Shown piece after piece: positions 44,276 through 54,412 of a stretch of 54,412 bases of DNA; the first letter of the stretch is position 1, and the number at the start of each line of letters is the position of its first letter. The notes under the pieces were generated by a model. That model saw nothing but the letters and a program-made list of their open reading frames with translations. It made no database searches and had not been told where the DNA came from. A program made the translations under genes and the position numbers. The stretch is from Promethearchaeota archaeon (GTDB lineage Archaea > Asgardarchaeota > Lokiarchaeia > Sigyniarchaeales > SOKP01). The stretch is taken from positions 1-54,412 of the forward strand of contig JAEOTR010000012.1 of assembly GCA_016839705.1 (NCBI GenBank). The letters are read 5' to 3'.

Positions 44276-46681
44276 TTGATAAAAATAATTAATACAGAAA
44301 TAGAAATTACAGGAATTGTTCAAGGTATAGGTTTTCGACCTTTTTTATTTAACCTAGCTCGTGTTCATAATCTAAAGGGAAGCATATTAAATCGAGGAAA
44401 TGCAGGAGTAAGATTAATCCTACAAGGAAAACGAAATGATATAAATACTTTTATAACAGATATAACAAAAAAGAAACCAAAGATTAGTTATATTGAGAAT
44501 ATTGAAGTTAAAGAAATTGTCTCTGATCTAATTTTTAAAGAATTAAAAATTGAAAAAAGTGAAAAAGGACGAGGGATTAGTTTAACCCTTCCTCCTGATA
44601 TTGCAATCTGTAATGATTGCTTGAATGACATGCGTAATTATAAAAAAAAAAAATACTATAATTATCCTTTTATTGCATGTGCTGTTTGTGGTCCGCGATT
44701 TACAACGGTTACTGAATTACCTTATGATAGGGAGAGAAGCACTATGATTAATTTTCCTCTCTGTAAACAGGCAGATCCAGAATCATGCATACAAGAATAT
44801 TCAGATTTCAAAAATCGGAGATTTCATGCTCAAACATTTGCTTGCTCTGTTTGTGGACCCCATTACAAACTTTATACTAAACAGCGAGATATCATCAAAG
44901 ATGGTTCGATAGAAGAAATTTTATATGAAACCGCTAAAAGAATAAATGAAGGGAATGTTGTTGCTGTCAAGGGTATAGGAGGGGTTCATTTAGTCGCAAA
45001 TTGTGATAATGACGATGCTATTCTTAAATTACGGGAAAAAAAAGGTGACAGAAAGTATAAACCATTTGCGCTAATGGTACCAGATTTAAATATTCTTAAA
45101 AATTCGTTCAGAATCTCCAAAAAAGAGAGTAAACTTTTAAAATCATTTCGCCGGCCTATAGTTCTTTTAGAAAGGATAAATTCAACTGAAAAGTCTATAA
45201 TTAGTAAATTAGTTGCTCCGGGATTAAATAATGTCGGAATTATGCTTCCTTATTCGGGTATCCATTACTTATTATTTGATTACATTGGAGAAAAACCATT
45301 AATTTATACAAGCGGAAACAAATCTTACATCCCTATGGCCATCGATAACGAGAAAATATTTGATCAACTAGAAGATCTCGCAGATGTTTTTCTCCTTCAC
45401 AATAGGCCAATTCATCAAAGAGTAGATGATAGTGTTTTAAGAACTCATGATGATAAAGTAAAATTGATTAGAAGATCACGAGGTTATGTACCAGAATATT
45501 TAGCGTTGCCATTTGATGTAGAAATTCCTGGAGCAATAGCAACAGGGCCTCTATTAGCAACAACTGGGGCTATTTTAAGGAGAAATAGAATTTTTCCAAC
45601 ACAGCATATTGGAAATGTTTCACATCTTGAGACATATCAATTCTTAAAAGATGCTCTACTTCATATGAAAACACTCTTACAGATTGAAGATTCTGAAATT
45701 GAATTTATAGCATGCGATGCACATCCCGAATTTATTACAACTAAACTTGCGGAGGAGTTAAAAAGTAAATATAAGTGCAGTCTATTTAAAATACAACACC
45801 ATTACGCCCATATTTTATCACTGATGGCTGAGAATAATGTAGAGAAGTATGAAAAAATTATTGGAATAGCTGCAGATGGTGTTGGTTATGGTGAGGATGG
45901 CAATATATGGGGTGGTGAAATTCTGTTGTCTTCTTATCATGATTATAAGCGATTAGGGCAGCTTGAATACCAACCAATGATAGGAGGAGATCGCTGTACG
46001 AAATTTCCTGCTCGAATGAGTGCTTCTATAATCTTGAATGCATTAGGTACAGATGAAGCTATTGAGATCTTTAAAAAATTAAGAATTGTAAATGATCTTG
46101 AATATAAAGAAGATGAATTGCAAACTTTAATCTCTCAATTCGAGAAATCAAAACGTAAATTTCCATTTCAGACTATTCCATTAACAAGTTCTACTGGCAG
46201 GATTTTTGATTCACTTTCTTACCTTTTAGGGGCTTCAAAGATTAAAACTTATAGAGGAGAACCCGCCATGAGACTTGAAGCTATGGCGATGAAAGGACAT
46301 CCTGAAAATGTTGAATTTAAAATAGGATTTACCAAGAAAAATGGAATGTATGAAATTAAAACATCAGATTTAGTACTGGATATTATTTCACTGATGGGAG
46401 AAGGGAAATTTAGAAATGAGGATATCGCTGCGAGATTTCAAATTGAGTTTGCAAATACATTTGCTGAAGTTGCCATTAAACTGGCTAATGATAACAGAAT
46501 TGATAAAATTGGATTAACGGGGGGTGTTGCATATAATTTTTCTTTTTCTAAGACTTTAAAGGAAAAAGTTCTCCAATCAGATTTAATATTTTTGGAGCAT
46601 AACAAAATCCCACCTGGTGATGCTGGAGTTAGTACAGGGCAATTAATTGGAGGGTTGTTTATACATACTCGAAAGAATTAA
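44276..46681 (+). CDS. hypF: Carbamoyltransferase HypF
   Basis: GIVQGIGFRPF, zinc fingers, RRFHAQ, KGIGG.HL, RRSRGY.P, QHH.AH, DG.GYG.DG..WGGE and PPGD.G.S.GQ motifs. Confidence 0.96.
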   Translation: MIKIINTEIEITGIVQGIGFRPFLFNLARVHNLKGSILNRGNAGVRLILQGKRNDINTFITDITKKKPKISYIENIEVKEIVSDLIFKELKIEKSEKGRGISLTLPPDIAICNDCLNDMRNYKKKKYYNYPFIACAVCGPRFTTVTELPYDRERSTMINFPLCKQADPESCIQEYSDFKNRRFHAQTFACSVCGPHYKLYTKQRDIIKDGSIEEILYETAKRINEGNVVAVKGIGGVHLVANCDNDDAILKLREKKGDRKYKPFALMVPDLNILKNSFRISKKESKLLKSFRRPIVLLERINSTEKSIISKLVAPGLNNVGIMLPYSGIHYLLFDYIGEKPLIYTSGNKSYIPMAIDNEKIFDQLEDLADVFLLHNRPIHQRVDDSVLRTHDDKVKLIRRSRGYVPEYLALPFDVEIPGAIATGPLLATTGAILRRNRIFPTQHIGNVSHLETYQFLKDALLHMKTLLQIEDSEIEFIACDAHPEFITTKLAEELKSKYKCSLFKIQHHYAHILSLMAENNVEKYEKIIGIAADGVGYGEDGNIWGGEILLSSYHDYKRLGQLEYQPMIGGDRCTKFPARMSASIILNALGTDEAIEIFKKLRIVNDLEYKEDELQTLISQFEKSKRKFPFQTIPLTSSTGRIFDSLSYLLGASKIKTYRGEPAMRLEAMAMKGHPENVEFKIGFTKKNGMYEIKTSDLVLDIISLMGEGKFRNEDIAARFQIEFANTFAEVAIKLANDNRIDKIGLTGGVAYNFSFSKTLKEKVLQSDLIFLEHNKIPPGDAGVSTGQLIGGLFIHTRKN

Positions 46682-46819
46682 TTCATCGAATATTTATTTA
46701 GAAAAGAATGCTAAAATATTTCAAATAAGTAATATTTCTAAGTATTAGGCTTGAAAGAGAACTCATACCCTGTTCTTAATTTTGAAATTGAACTTTAAGA
46801 GGATTGTACGCATAAAATT

Positions 46820-47635
46820 ATGCCATTAACTAAACGAATAATACCTTGTTTAGATGTGACAAACAATAGAGTAGTTAAAGGTACGAAATTCATTGATATA
46901 AAAGATGCTGGAGATGCCATTGAGTTAGCACGATTTTATGATGAAGAAGGAGCTGATGAGCTAATTTTTTTGGATATTACAGCATCCTCAGATAAGAGAA
47001 AAATATTAAGAGAATTAGTTGAAAAAACTGGTGAACAAGTATTTATTCCATTTACTGTGGGTGGGGGCTTAAGAACTATAAAGGATATTAAAGAAATTTT
47101 AAGAGCAGGAGCAGACAAGGTTTCTCTGAATACTGCCGCAGTTCAAAACTCTGAATTAATCATTGAAGGGGCAAAAATATTTGGATCTCAATGTGTTGTA
47201 ACAGCAATAGATGCTAAGAGAGTTTATGTAGCATCTCCAGAAAAAGTACAAAATCGAGTGGTTGTTGAAATAGGTAATCAGTATTGTTGGTGGGAGGTTT
47301 ATATTAATGGTGGTAGAACGCCCACAGGAAAGGATGCTATTTTATGGGGCGAAGAGGTTGCAAATCTAGGAAGTGGTGAAATTCTATTGACTTCTATGGA
47401 TTGTGATGGAACTAAAAAGGGATATGATTTAGAATTAACAAATGCTTTTAGTAAGAGATTAGATATTCCAATTATTGCTTCAGGAGGAGCGGGGAATCCT
47501 CAACACATAATCGATTCATTCAAAATTGGAAAGGCGGATGCAGCTTTAGCAGCTTCAATTTTTCACTATAATGAATATCCAATTAAAATGGTAAAGAAGG
47601 AATGTATAAAAGCTGGAGTTCCTATGAGGATGTAA
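46820..47635 (+). CDS. hisF: Imidazole glycerol phosphate synthase cyclase subunit
   Basis: [30 protein letters not shown] and IIASGGAG motifs. Confidence 0.97.
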   Translation: MPLTKRIIPCLDVTNNRVVKGTKFIDIKDAGDAIELARFYDEEGADELIFLDITASSDKRKILRELVEKTGEQVFIPFTVGGGLRTIKDIKEILRAGADKVSLNTAAVQNSELIIEGAKIFGSQCVVTAIDAKRVYVASPEKVQNRVVVEIGNQYCWWEVYINGGRTPTGKDAILWGEEVANLGSGEILLTSMDCDGTKKGYDLELTNAFSKRLDIPIIASGGAGNPQHIIDSFKIGKADAALAASIFHYNEYPIKMVKKECIKAGVPMRM

Positions 47636-47638
47636 GCT

Positions 47639-48268
47639 ATGACAGTTAAAATTGCTATTATTGATTATGGAATAGGAAATTTGAAAAGCATTTATAAGGC
47701 ACTTCATCATTTGAATGCAGATGGTATTATCACATCAAATCCAAAAGTAATAACAGATGCTGATGGTGTTATTCTTCCTGGGGTAGGGGCATTTGGGGAT
47801 GCCATGAAAAATCTATATGAAAATAATCTTAATACTGTGATCATTGATATTGTGAAGGATAAAAAACCTTTATTTGGAGTTTGCTTAGGACAGCAAATGC
47901 TGTTCTCTAATAGTGTTGAAATGGGACATCATAAAGGATTGAATATTATTGAAGGTGAAGTGTTACGATTTGATATCTTAAAAGTAGATAAAGTTCCTCA
48001 AATTGGGTGGAATAATGTAGAGTTCACTGATGAAAACCATTTCCTCCTCCAAGGAATACCAAATAATTCATATTTTTATTTTGTTCATAGTTATTATGGG
48101 ATACCAAAAAATGATGAAAATGTCCTTGGGAAGACTAAGTATGGGGAAATTGAATTTTGTTCCATTGTCTGTAAGGACAATGTAATTGCCACGCAATTTC
48201 ATCCTGAAAAATCCAGTAAGTATGGTATAATGATGTATCAGAATTTTATCCATTATTGTAGGAAATAA
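47639..48268 (+). CDS. hisH: Imidazole glycerol phosphate synthase glutaminase subunit
   Basis: IDYG.GNL.S, LPGVGAF, GVCLG.Q, YFVHSY and QFHPEKS motifs. Confidence 0.97.
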   Translation: MTVKIAIIDYGIGNLKSIYKALHHLNADGIITSNPKVITDADGVILPGVGAFGDAMKNLYENNLNTVIIDIVKDKKPLFGVCLGQQMLFSNSVEMGHHKGLNIIEGEVLRFDILKVDKVPQIGWNNVEFTDENHFLLQGIPNNSYFYFVHSYYGIPKNDENVLGKTKYGEIEFCSIVCKDNVIATQFHPEKSSKYGIMMYQNFIHYCRK

Positions 48269-48337
48269 GCTTTAACTTATTAGATTAATAGATTGATTTA
48301 AAAATATCTCTTCCAATTTATACATAGTGGATAAATT

Positions 48338-49735
48338 ATGGGTGGGCTTTTCGGAGTTTTTTCTAAAACTGATTGTATGGAGGATCTCTTTTATGGGACG
48401 GATTACCATTCTCACTTAGGCACCAGAAGAGGAGGAATGGCAGTAAAAAATTCTGGTGGTTTTCAAAGATTCATCAAGAATATCACGGTTTCTCAATTTA
48501 GATCTAAATTTGAAAAGGATATACAAAAAATGCATGGGAATAGAGGAATAGGAGTAATTAGTGATTATGATGACCAACCTTTAATAATCAATTCCCATTT
48601 AGGTGTTTTTGCAATCGCTACAGTTGGAAAAATTAATAATTTAGATGATCTAGCTAAAGAAGCATTGAAGAATGGATCCCATTTTTCAGAAATGCACGGA
48701 GGAGAAATAAGCCCTACAGAATTAGTTGCGACCATAATTAGTCAAGGTTCTACCTATGAAGCAGGAATTCAAAAAGTCCAAGATATGATAGATGGTTCAT
48801 GTACATTTCTCATGCTAACAGAAGATAGTATTTACGCTGCACGGGATAAGTATGGCAGAACACCTCTTATAATAGGAGAAAAACCCGAATCTTATGCGGT
48901 TGCTATGGAAACATGCGCTTTCCCTAATCTTGGGTACAAAATTACAAAATATCTTGGACCAGGTGAAGTTATAACCCTCAACTATAATGGTTTAGAACAG
49001 AAAATCGCTCCTAATGATCGATTGCAAATTTGTGCCTTTTTATGGGTCTACTATGGATATCCCGCATCTAATTATGAAGATATTAATGTCGAGGTCGTTA
49101 GATATAGATGTGGATCTTACTTAGCAAAAAATGATAATGTTGATATTGATCTCGTTACTGGTATCCCTGATAGCGGAATTGGGCATGGTATAGGTTACGC
49201 AAATGAAGAAGGGATTCCTTATTCTCGACCATTTGTAAAGTATACTCCAACATGGCCCCGGAGTTTCATGCCTCAAGTTCAATCAGTAAGAGACTTAGTA
49301 GCAAGGATGAAATTAATCCCTATTAAAGAACTTATTGATGGGAAAAGTTTGCTTTTCTGCGAAGATTCAATTGTGAGAGGGACACAACTAAAGAAAACAA
49401 TCGAACGACTATTTGAGTATGGAGCAAAAGAAGTTCATATGAGACCCGCCTGTCCTCCACTAGTGTACGGATGTAAGTTTTTAAACTTTTCTAGATCTCG
49501 TTCAGAGTTAGATTTAGCAGGACGTTGGGCTATAAAAGAACTAGTGGGAAAAGATGTTATTAACCCAAGAGAATATATTAATCCCGAATCAGAAAATTAT
49601 AAAGCGATGGTTGAAATTATTCGTAAAAGGTTAGGTTTAACGACGCTAAAATACCAAAAACTTGAGGATTTAGTTAAGGCTATTGGATTAGAAAAAAGTT
49701 CATTATGCACCTACTGTTGGGACGGAGCAGAATAA
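48338..49735 (+). CDS. purF: Amidophosphoribosyltransferase-like protein lacking the N-terminal Cys nucleophile
   Basis: MGGLFG start, C.F.WVY.GYP, GIPDSG, EDSIVRGT, RPACPP and C.YCWDG motifs. Confidence 0.85.
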   Translation: MGGLFGVFSKTDCMEDLFYGTDYHSHLGTRRGGMAVKNSGGFQRFIKNITVSQFRSKFEKDIQKMHGNRGIGVISDYDDQPLIINSHLGVFAIATVGKINNLDDLAKEALKNGSHFSEMHGGEISPTELVATIISQGSTYEAGIQKVQDMIDGSCTFLMLTEDSIYAARDKYGRTPLIIGEKPESYAVAMETCAFPNLGYKITKYLGPGEVITLNYNGLEQKIAPNDRLQICAFLWVYYGYPASNYEDINVEVVRYRCGSYLAKNDNVDIDLVTGIPDSGIGHGIGYANEEGIPYSRPFVKYTPTWPRSFMPQVQSVRDLVARMKLIPIKELIDGKSLLFCEDSIVRGTQLKKTIERLFEYGAKEVHMRPACPPLVYGCKFLNFSRSRSELDLAGRWAIKELVGKDVINPREYINPESENYKAMVEIIRKRLGLTTLKYQKLEDLVKAIGLEKSSLCTYCWDGAE

Positions 49736-49763
49736 TTCTCCCTATTCGAAATAAGGAAGAATA

Positions 49764-51287
49764 TTAACTTCTGCTTTTAATGATAGAACTTTCCATTTCA
49801 GCTAATTTCTGTATAGACTTCAAAGGGTATTCACCAGTTAAGCAAGCCAAACATAATTGATTTTTATTTTTTCCAATAGCATCAGTTAAATCATCAATAG
49901 TTTGGTATAATATTGTATCTGATCCTATTCTTTTTTGAATCTCTTCGAGATATTGTTCACCATAAAGGATTTGTAATCTCCCAGCAATTAATTCTTCTTT
50001 TGTTGGAAAATCGATTCCCATATAGCATGGACTAATAATTGGAGGACAGCTTATACGTAAGTGAACACGCTTAGCTCCTCCTTTTTCCTTTAATAAAGCA
50101 ATAATTTGTTGAGTTGTGGTTCCTCTAACAATAGAGTCATCTAAGAGGATGACATCCTTCCCTTGAACTATACTTTTAATAGGATTTAATTTTTCTCTTA
50201 CTGCTATTTTTCGCTTTTCCTGACCTGGCATTATGAAGGTTCTGTGAACATATCGATTTTTCATTAAGCCTTCTATATATGGTAATCCTGCTTCTTTTGC
50301 ATAACCTACGGCAACACTCCGACCAGAATCTGGAACCGGAACTACAATCGCATTTTCCTTAATTTCAGGGTTCTTCAAAATTGGATCATTCTTTGCCAAG
50401 TTTATTCCTAATCTAAATCGTACTTCAGCAACAGATACCCCATCAATAATAGAATCTGGACGTGAAAAATATACAAATTCAAATTGGCACAAGGCTGTTC
50501 TATTTGATTTTAAAATTATTTCTGAATGAATGTCCTTCTGATGGCTTAAATGTACTATTTCACCAGGTTTCACATCGCGTAAGAGGATTCCTCCTACAAC
50601 ATCTATTGCACAAGATTCAGAAGCTACAAAATATAGATTTTTCTTTGAGTCTTTTAACTCCCCAATACATAAAGGTTTAAATCCAAGGGGATCTCGCATT
50701 GCATAAATATCTCCTTTAGATGTCATTAAGATTAAAGAATATGAACCGTCTAACAATTTACTAGCTATTTTTAAAACTTCTGGCCAATCTTCTGTCCCTA
50801 ATGCAATAGAGCCAATCAATTGAGCCATTACTTCTGTGTCAGTGTCAGTAATGAAAACACGACCCAATTCATTCATATTTTTTTTAATTTCATCGAAATT
50901 GGCAATTGTCCCATTAAAGGCTATAGAAAATTCAATTTCATTATTATTAAAATGAAATGGTTGCATATAATCTGTAGACTTATATCCTGTAGCACCAGTA
51001 GTCGCATACCGATTATGTCCTATCCCTACATTACCCCAATATTTAGATAGGATTTTATTATTTAAAACTTTTGGAACTAATCCATTTCTTTTATAAGTGT
51101 AAATTTTTCCACCGGGGGTTGATATTGAAATTCCAGTTGACTCTTGTCCACGATGCTGTAAAGCAATCAAACCTTGATATAAATATTTGGTTACTGAAAA
51201 TCCGAGGTCATTACAAGTTACCCCAAAAATAGCACAATGTTCTTTGGGTTTATTTACGATGAACTTATCTTTTTTTTGAATGTGCAT
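49764..51287 (-). CDS. purF: Amidophosphoribosyltransferase (propeptide and Fe-S type)
   Basis: EHCAIFG, LQHRGQES, GHNRYAT, CQFEFVYFSRPDS, DDSIVRGTT and CLACLTG.YP motifs. Confidence 0.95.
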   Translation of the reverse strand: MHIQKKDKFIVNKPKEHCAIFGVTCNDLGFSVTKYLYQGLIALQHRGQESTGISISTPGGKIYTYKRNGLVPKVLNNKILSKYWGNVGIGHNRYATTGATGYKSTDYMQPFHFNNNEIEFSIAFNGTIANFDEIKKNMNELGRVFITDTDTEVMAQLIGSIALGTEDWPEVLKIASKLLDGSYSLILMTSKGDIYAMRDPLGFKPLCIGELKDSKKNLYFVASESCAIDVVGGILLRDVKPGEIVHLSHQKDIHSEIILKSNRTALCQFEFVYFSRPDSIIDGVSVAEVRFRLGINLAKNDPILKNPEIKENAIVVPVPDSGRSVAVGYAKEAGLPYIEGLMKNRYVHRTFIMPGQEKRKIAVREKLNPIKSIVQGKDVILLDDSIVRGTTTQQIIALLKEKGGAKRVHLRISCPPIISPCYMGIDFPTKEELIAGRLQILYGEQYLEEIQKRIGSDTILYQTIDDLTDAIGKNKNQLCLACLTGEYPLKSIQKLAEMESSIIKSRS

Positions 51288-51395
51288 AATATGAGGTTAA
51301 ATGAATGAAGTAAATTAATTCTCTTCAATTAAAATAAATCATAAATACTTTTTAATAATAAGTTAAATAAAATATTAGAAATATTAAAAGAAAAC

Positions 51396-52061
51396 GTGTC
51401 AAAAATAACAAATACGTCAAAAGATATTGCTTTTGCTATCCTTATTGGGGGTAAAAGTACTCGTTTCGGAAGTGATAAGGGTCTTTATGAATATCAAGGA
51501 AACCCTCTTATATCATATCTACTAAACACCCTAAGCAAAGGAATTTATGATATCTTTTTAATCGCCCACACCACTGAGCAAGTTCAGAATTATATTGACA
51601 ATATTGATATTACAAAGGTTATAGCTTTTATTTTGGATGATCAAGATCTAATTTCAGATTCGAAATTAAATGTTCCACTATTAGGATTGTATTCTGCATA
51701 TAAAGAATTAAATAAATTAGGGTACAAACAAACACTTACTCTTTCTTGTGATACACCCCTAATCAAATATGATGTTATAAAATTCATAATTGAACAATCT
51801 AAAGGAGTTGACTGTTGCATTCCTAGATGGAACAATGGGTATATAGAACCATTATTAGCGATTTATCCCACTAAAAGTGCATATTATCGATCAAAAGAAA
51901 AGCTACTGAGAAAAGAATTTCAATTAACTAGCTTTGCTGATAGCAAATGGAAGATAAAATATCTATCAATAGAAAATTCAATCAAACCGCTTGATAAAGA
52001 TTTAGTTTCGTTTATAAATATTAATACTCAAGAAGATCTAAAGAAACTAAAAGCCAACTAG
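51396..52061 (+). CDS. mobA: Molybdenum cofactor guanylyltransferase
   Basis: ILIGGKSTRFGSDK, SCDTP, EPL.AIY and FININT.EDL motifs. Confidence 0.88.
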   Translation: MSKITNTSKDIAFAILIGGKSTRFGSDKGLYEYQGNPLISYLLNTLSKGIYDIFLIAHTTEQVQNYIDNIDITKVIAFILDDQDLISDSKLNVPLLGLYSAYKELNKLGYKQTLTLSCDTPLIKYDVIKFIIEQSKGVDCCIPRWNNGYIEPLLAIYPTKSAYYRSKEKLLRKEFQLTSFADSKWKIKYLSIENSIKPLDKDLVSFININTQEDLKKLKAN

Positions 52062-52098
52062 AGTAGAAATTTTCTTTAGAAAATAAAAAAAAAAAGGA

Positions 52099-52590
52099 TT
52101 AATAGTCTTTTATACCTAAAATTCCGCCAACAAGCCCTAAAGCACCACCAGCTAATAACAAATATGTGCCCAAAGATGCGCTACCTAAAGGAACGTCAAG
52201 TGGTAAAATACCTGGTACAATAGCAGTATGGTCGAATAAAGTTAAATATGGAGCATACACCGCAAGCGCATTAAGAAGAACTAATAACATCAGTATGCTT
52301 ATAACTAGTACAATTATAGATCCAATAATTGCAATTACCCGGCTAGCTAATCCTACTAACTGCAAAACACCAGAAATCAAGAAAACGATATAAACAATGG
52401 CAACAATATATACAGTCATAGTTTCTCCCGGGACATAATTACCGGGATTTGTCATTATATCAGCGATGTTATATATAAATCCTAACCCAGAACCATAATC
52501 CCCGCCACCAGTCGCATAAAAAGAAAGGAAAAAGGTTGATACGAGGGTTAATAACCCACCAATAAGAACTAAAATTTTTCCAGCTCCCAT
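52099..52590 (-). CDS. Four-TM Gly-rich membrane protein (paralogue 1)
   Basis: MGAGKIL...TL.STF..S...SGVLQL.G...GILPL...LGTYLL..GG. Confidence 0.75.
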   Translation of the reverse strand: MGAGKILVLIGGLLTLVSTFFLSFYATGGGDYGSGLGFIYNIADIMTNPGNYVPGETMTVYIVAIVYIVFLISGVLQLVGLASRVIAIIGSIIVLVISILMLLVLLNALAVYAPYLTLFDHTAIVPGILPLDVPLGSASLGTYLLLAGGALGLVGGILGIKDY

Positions 52591-52709
52591 AAATTATCAC
52601 TTTAAATTTTGTTTTGATTTTAATTTAATATGAAGTATATGAACTATTAAGTATATAAAAATGCCTTTTCAAAGGAAAAAAATGGAAAAAAAATGTAATT
52701 TATTGAATT

Positions 52710-53219
52710 TTATGGACCATAAACGGCAGCTACGATTCCTATAATACCACCAGCATATAATAAATATATCCCAAGATCAATTATATCAATACCTAATATG
52801 CTCAAGGGTATAATCCCTTCAATTAAAGGTGTATCCGTCCCCAAAATATTGACAATCCAATCAACCCTATTAATCAAATCAGCGCTACCCAACCATATTA
52901 GACTACCTATTCCAAGTGAGGTAATCGTACCGATTATTAAAGGGATTGGAGATTTTATTCCTAATATTTGTAAAATACCCGAGGCTAAAAACAAGATGAA
53001 AATACCCGCAATAATGTACAATGCAAAAAAAGGTATTCCTAGGGTGCTTCCTAAGCCTTGGGCGTTTGTAAACATGGCAGGAAGGTTTTTAATTATCCCT
53101 AATCCTCCCGCATAATAGATATTTCCTCCTCCTCCGTCAACGGCATACCAGGAAAATAGAAATGTAGCGAGTAAAGTTATTACTCCAGCAACTATACTTA
53201 GGATTTTTCCAATTCCCAT
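52710..53219 (-). CDS. Four-TM Gly-rich membrane protein (paralogue 2)
   Basis: MGIGKIL...TL.ATF.FS...SGILQI.G...GIIPL...LGIYLL..GG. Confidence 0.75.
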   Translation of the reverse strand: MGIGKILSIVAGVITLLATFLFSWYAVDGGGGNIYYAGGLGIIKNLPAMFTNAQGLGSTLGIPFFALYIIAGIFILFLASGILQILGIKSPIPLIIGTITSLGIGSLIWLGSADLINRVDWIVNILGTDTPLIEGIIPLSILGIDIIDLGIYLLYAGGIIGIVAAVYGP

Positions 53220-53411
53220 AAATTATCACATTTTTTAGTTTGAATTAAGTAATAGAATCGAAATTTATTTATAATATTAACCTTTAAAACAAAAATAATT
53301 AAATCGTATTACACTATTACCAGAAGTCTAATAAATTGAACTAGCGTTAAGCTTTTAATTAGATGAGAAAAATTTTTTAAAAATGTGTATTCCATTTATT
53401 ATCCTTCTAAT

Positions 53412-53789
53412 TTAATGTTCAATAATTTTTTCTTTGATTACTTTCTGGATTGTTTTTAATAATTTACCCATATTGAAAGGCTTATCGAGAAATTCACAAG
53501 CTCCAAGAGAAAGAGCTTTCTGTCTTATGCTAATATCCGCACTTGCAAAAATTATTTTACCACGTCCGTCTATTCTCAAGATTTCTGTCATAGCATCAAG
53601 TCCATTTTTTATCGGCATGCGATGATCCATTAGAATTATATCAGGTCTTTGTTCAAATGAGAGGAACTTTTCCACCGCAACTTTCCCGTTAAACGCAGTA
53701 TCAATAATTTCAAAACCTGCTTCTTTTAATATTAAAACATATAACCGTTGTAGAGATTGATCGTCATCAACAATAAATATCTTAACCAT
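53412..53789 (-). CDS. Stand-alone response regulator receiver (CheY-like)
   Basis: IFIVDDD, PDIILMDHRMP..NG, SA and FLDKPF motifs. Probable start ATG 53789 after GGGGGA. Confidence 0.92.
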   Translation of the reverse strand: MVKIFIVDDDQSLQRLYVLILKEAGFEIIDTAFNGKVAVEKFLSFEQRPDIILMDHRMPIKNGLDAMTEILRIDGRGKIIFASADISIRQKALSLGACEFLDKPFNMGKLLKTIQKVIKEKIIEH

Positions 53790-54063
53790 ATAGTAATCCC
53801 CCAATTTCAATGAACAACAGATGAATTATTATTATTTATCCTTACCAAAACCTCAAATCCTTATTTCATAATTCAAATAATTTAAAACAAAAACCATTAT
53901 TTACGTTTAAACAAAAAAACACTATTTAATTCAAAATAAAAATATGAGAATCACTCTTGTTTTGATATTGAGTTTTTACTCTATCTTTCCCATATTTTGC
54001 TTAATTCTACAGAAATCTTTAAATATGTACAATCGATCTGTATAATAATAATGTTCGTCAAAC

Positions 54064-54193
54064 CTCTCTTGAAAAAATTATTAGTATTGGTACTACTAGA
54101 TTTAGTAGTAGTAGTAGTATTACTCTAAATCAAGAGAGACGAACCCGAATCTTTTTTTGATATACCTTTTCTCATGGATTTGTTCTCTCTTGA
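54064..54193. repeat. Three CTCTCTTGA copies (direct, inverted, direct) flanking a TACTACTA/(TAG)n hairpin
   Basis: Copies at 54064-54072, 54130-54138 (inverted) and 54185-54193. (TAG)5 run at about 54103-54119. Confidence 0.6.
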
Positions 54194-54266
54194 TATCCAG
54201 ATGATGCTATCTTAAAAAGAATTCGAAGGTTCTAAAAATAACGGAAAATAAAATGGAGGTGAAAAG

Positions 54267-54412
54267 ATGGAAAAGACAGAACCAAGAACTGCGATAATCA
54301 CTCGCTCAGAAAAGGAAGAGATAAATTGGGCACAATATCTTGATTATACAAAGATTTTCGAACCTGCTGAAATAAACAATATTTCACAAGGACTCTTTAA
54401 AAAAGATTTCGA
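54267..54412 (+). CDS. 5' part of a hypothetical protein (truncated by window edge)
   Basis: Strong GGAGGTGA SD, then an open frame MEKTEPRTAIITRSEKEEINWAQYLDY... to the end of the window. Confidence 0.7.
   Translation, partial: MEKTEPRTAIITRSEKEEINWAQYLDYTKIFEPAEINNISQGLFKKDF

Noticed and set aside
1806-53625. Numerous 60-160 aa ORFs antisense to or overlapping confident genes (e.g. 1806-2120, 3020-3505, 10576-10863, 25629-25886, 30102-30473, 38196-38645, 52798-53115, 53434-53625)
   Set aside because: They are shadow frames of well-supported genes, with no motifs or ribosome-binding sites.

Overview
AT-rich archaeal chromosome segment whose gene content (Rag-like GTPase, longin and roadblock proteins, eL13-like protein, split Sec-containing group 3c hydrogenase, poly-T terminators, GGAGG/GGTGA ribosome-binding sites) points to an Asgard archaeon, probably Lokiarchaeia. 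I found no rRNA, tRNA, CRISPR or transposase. Main points: (1) A 493-aa protein (6715-8196) joins a folliculin/SMCR8-like longin domain carrying the 'DxxARG' arginine-finger motif to a RagA-like GTPase plus roadblock domain. It lies within 16 kb of a Zn-ribbon-roadblock protein, a longin-wHTH protein and a 1304-aa single-pass receptor-like protein with a cytoplasmic longin-wHTH tail. Together these are a candidate proto-Rag/Ragulator/FLCN-GATOR signalling system. (2) An mvhG-mvhA-vhuU-hdrC-hdrB operon contains an unannotated 49-aa selenoprotein (in-frame UGA in RCFDC-U-LSCAAH), an atypical structured 3' element and a small subunit with a duplicated Fe-S module. It is divergent from a tusA-yeeE-dsrEFH-hypED(F) sulfur/selenium relay and maturation cluster. 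(3) Three genes apparently start at ATT/ATA. Also present are an apparently inactive NrdD, a Trm9/ALKBH8-like methyltransferase, two convergent purF paralogues (one lacking Cys1) and two candidate structured non-coding elements. All family assignments come from motif recognition by eye, without database searches.
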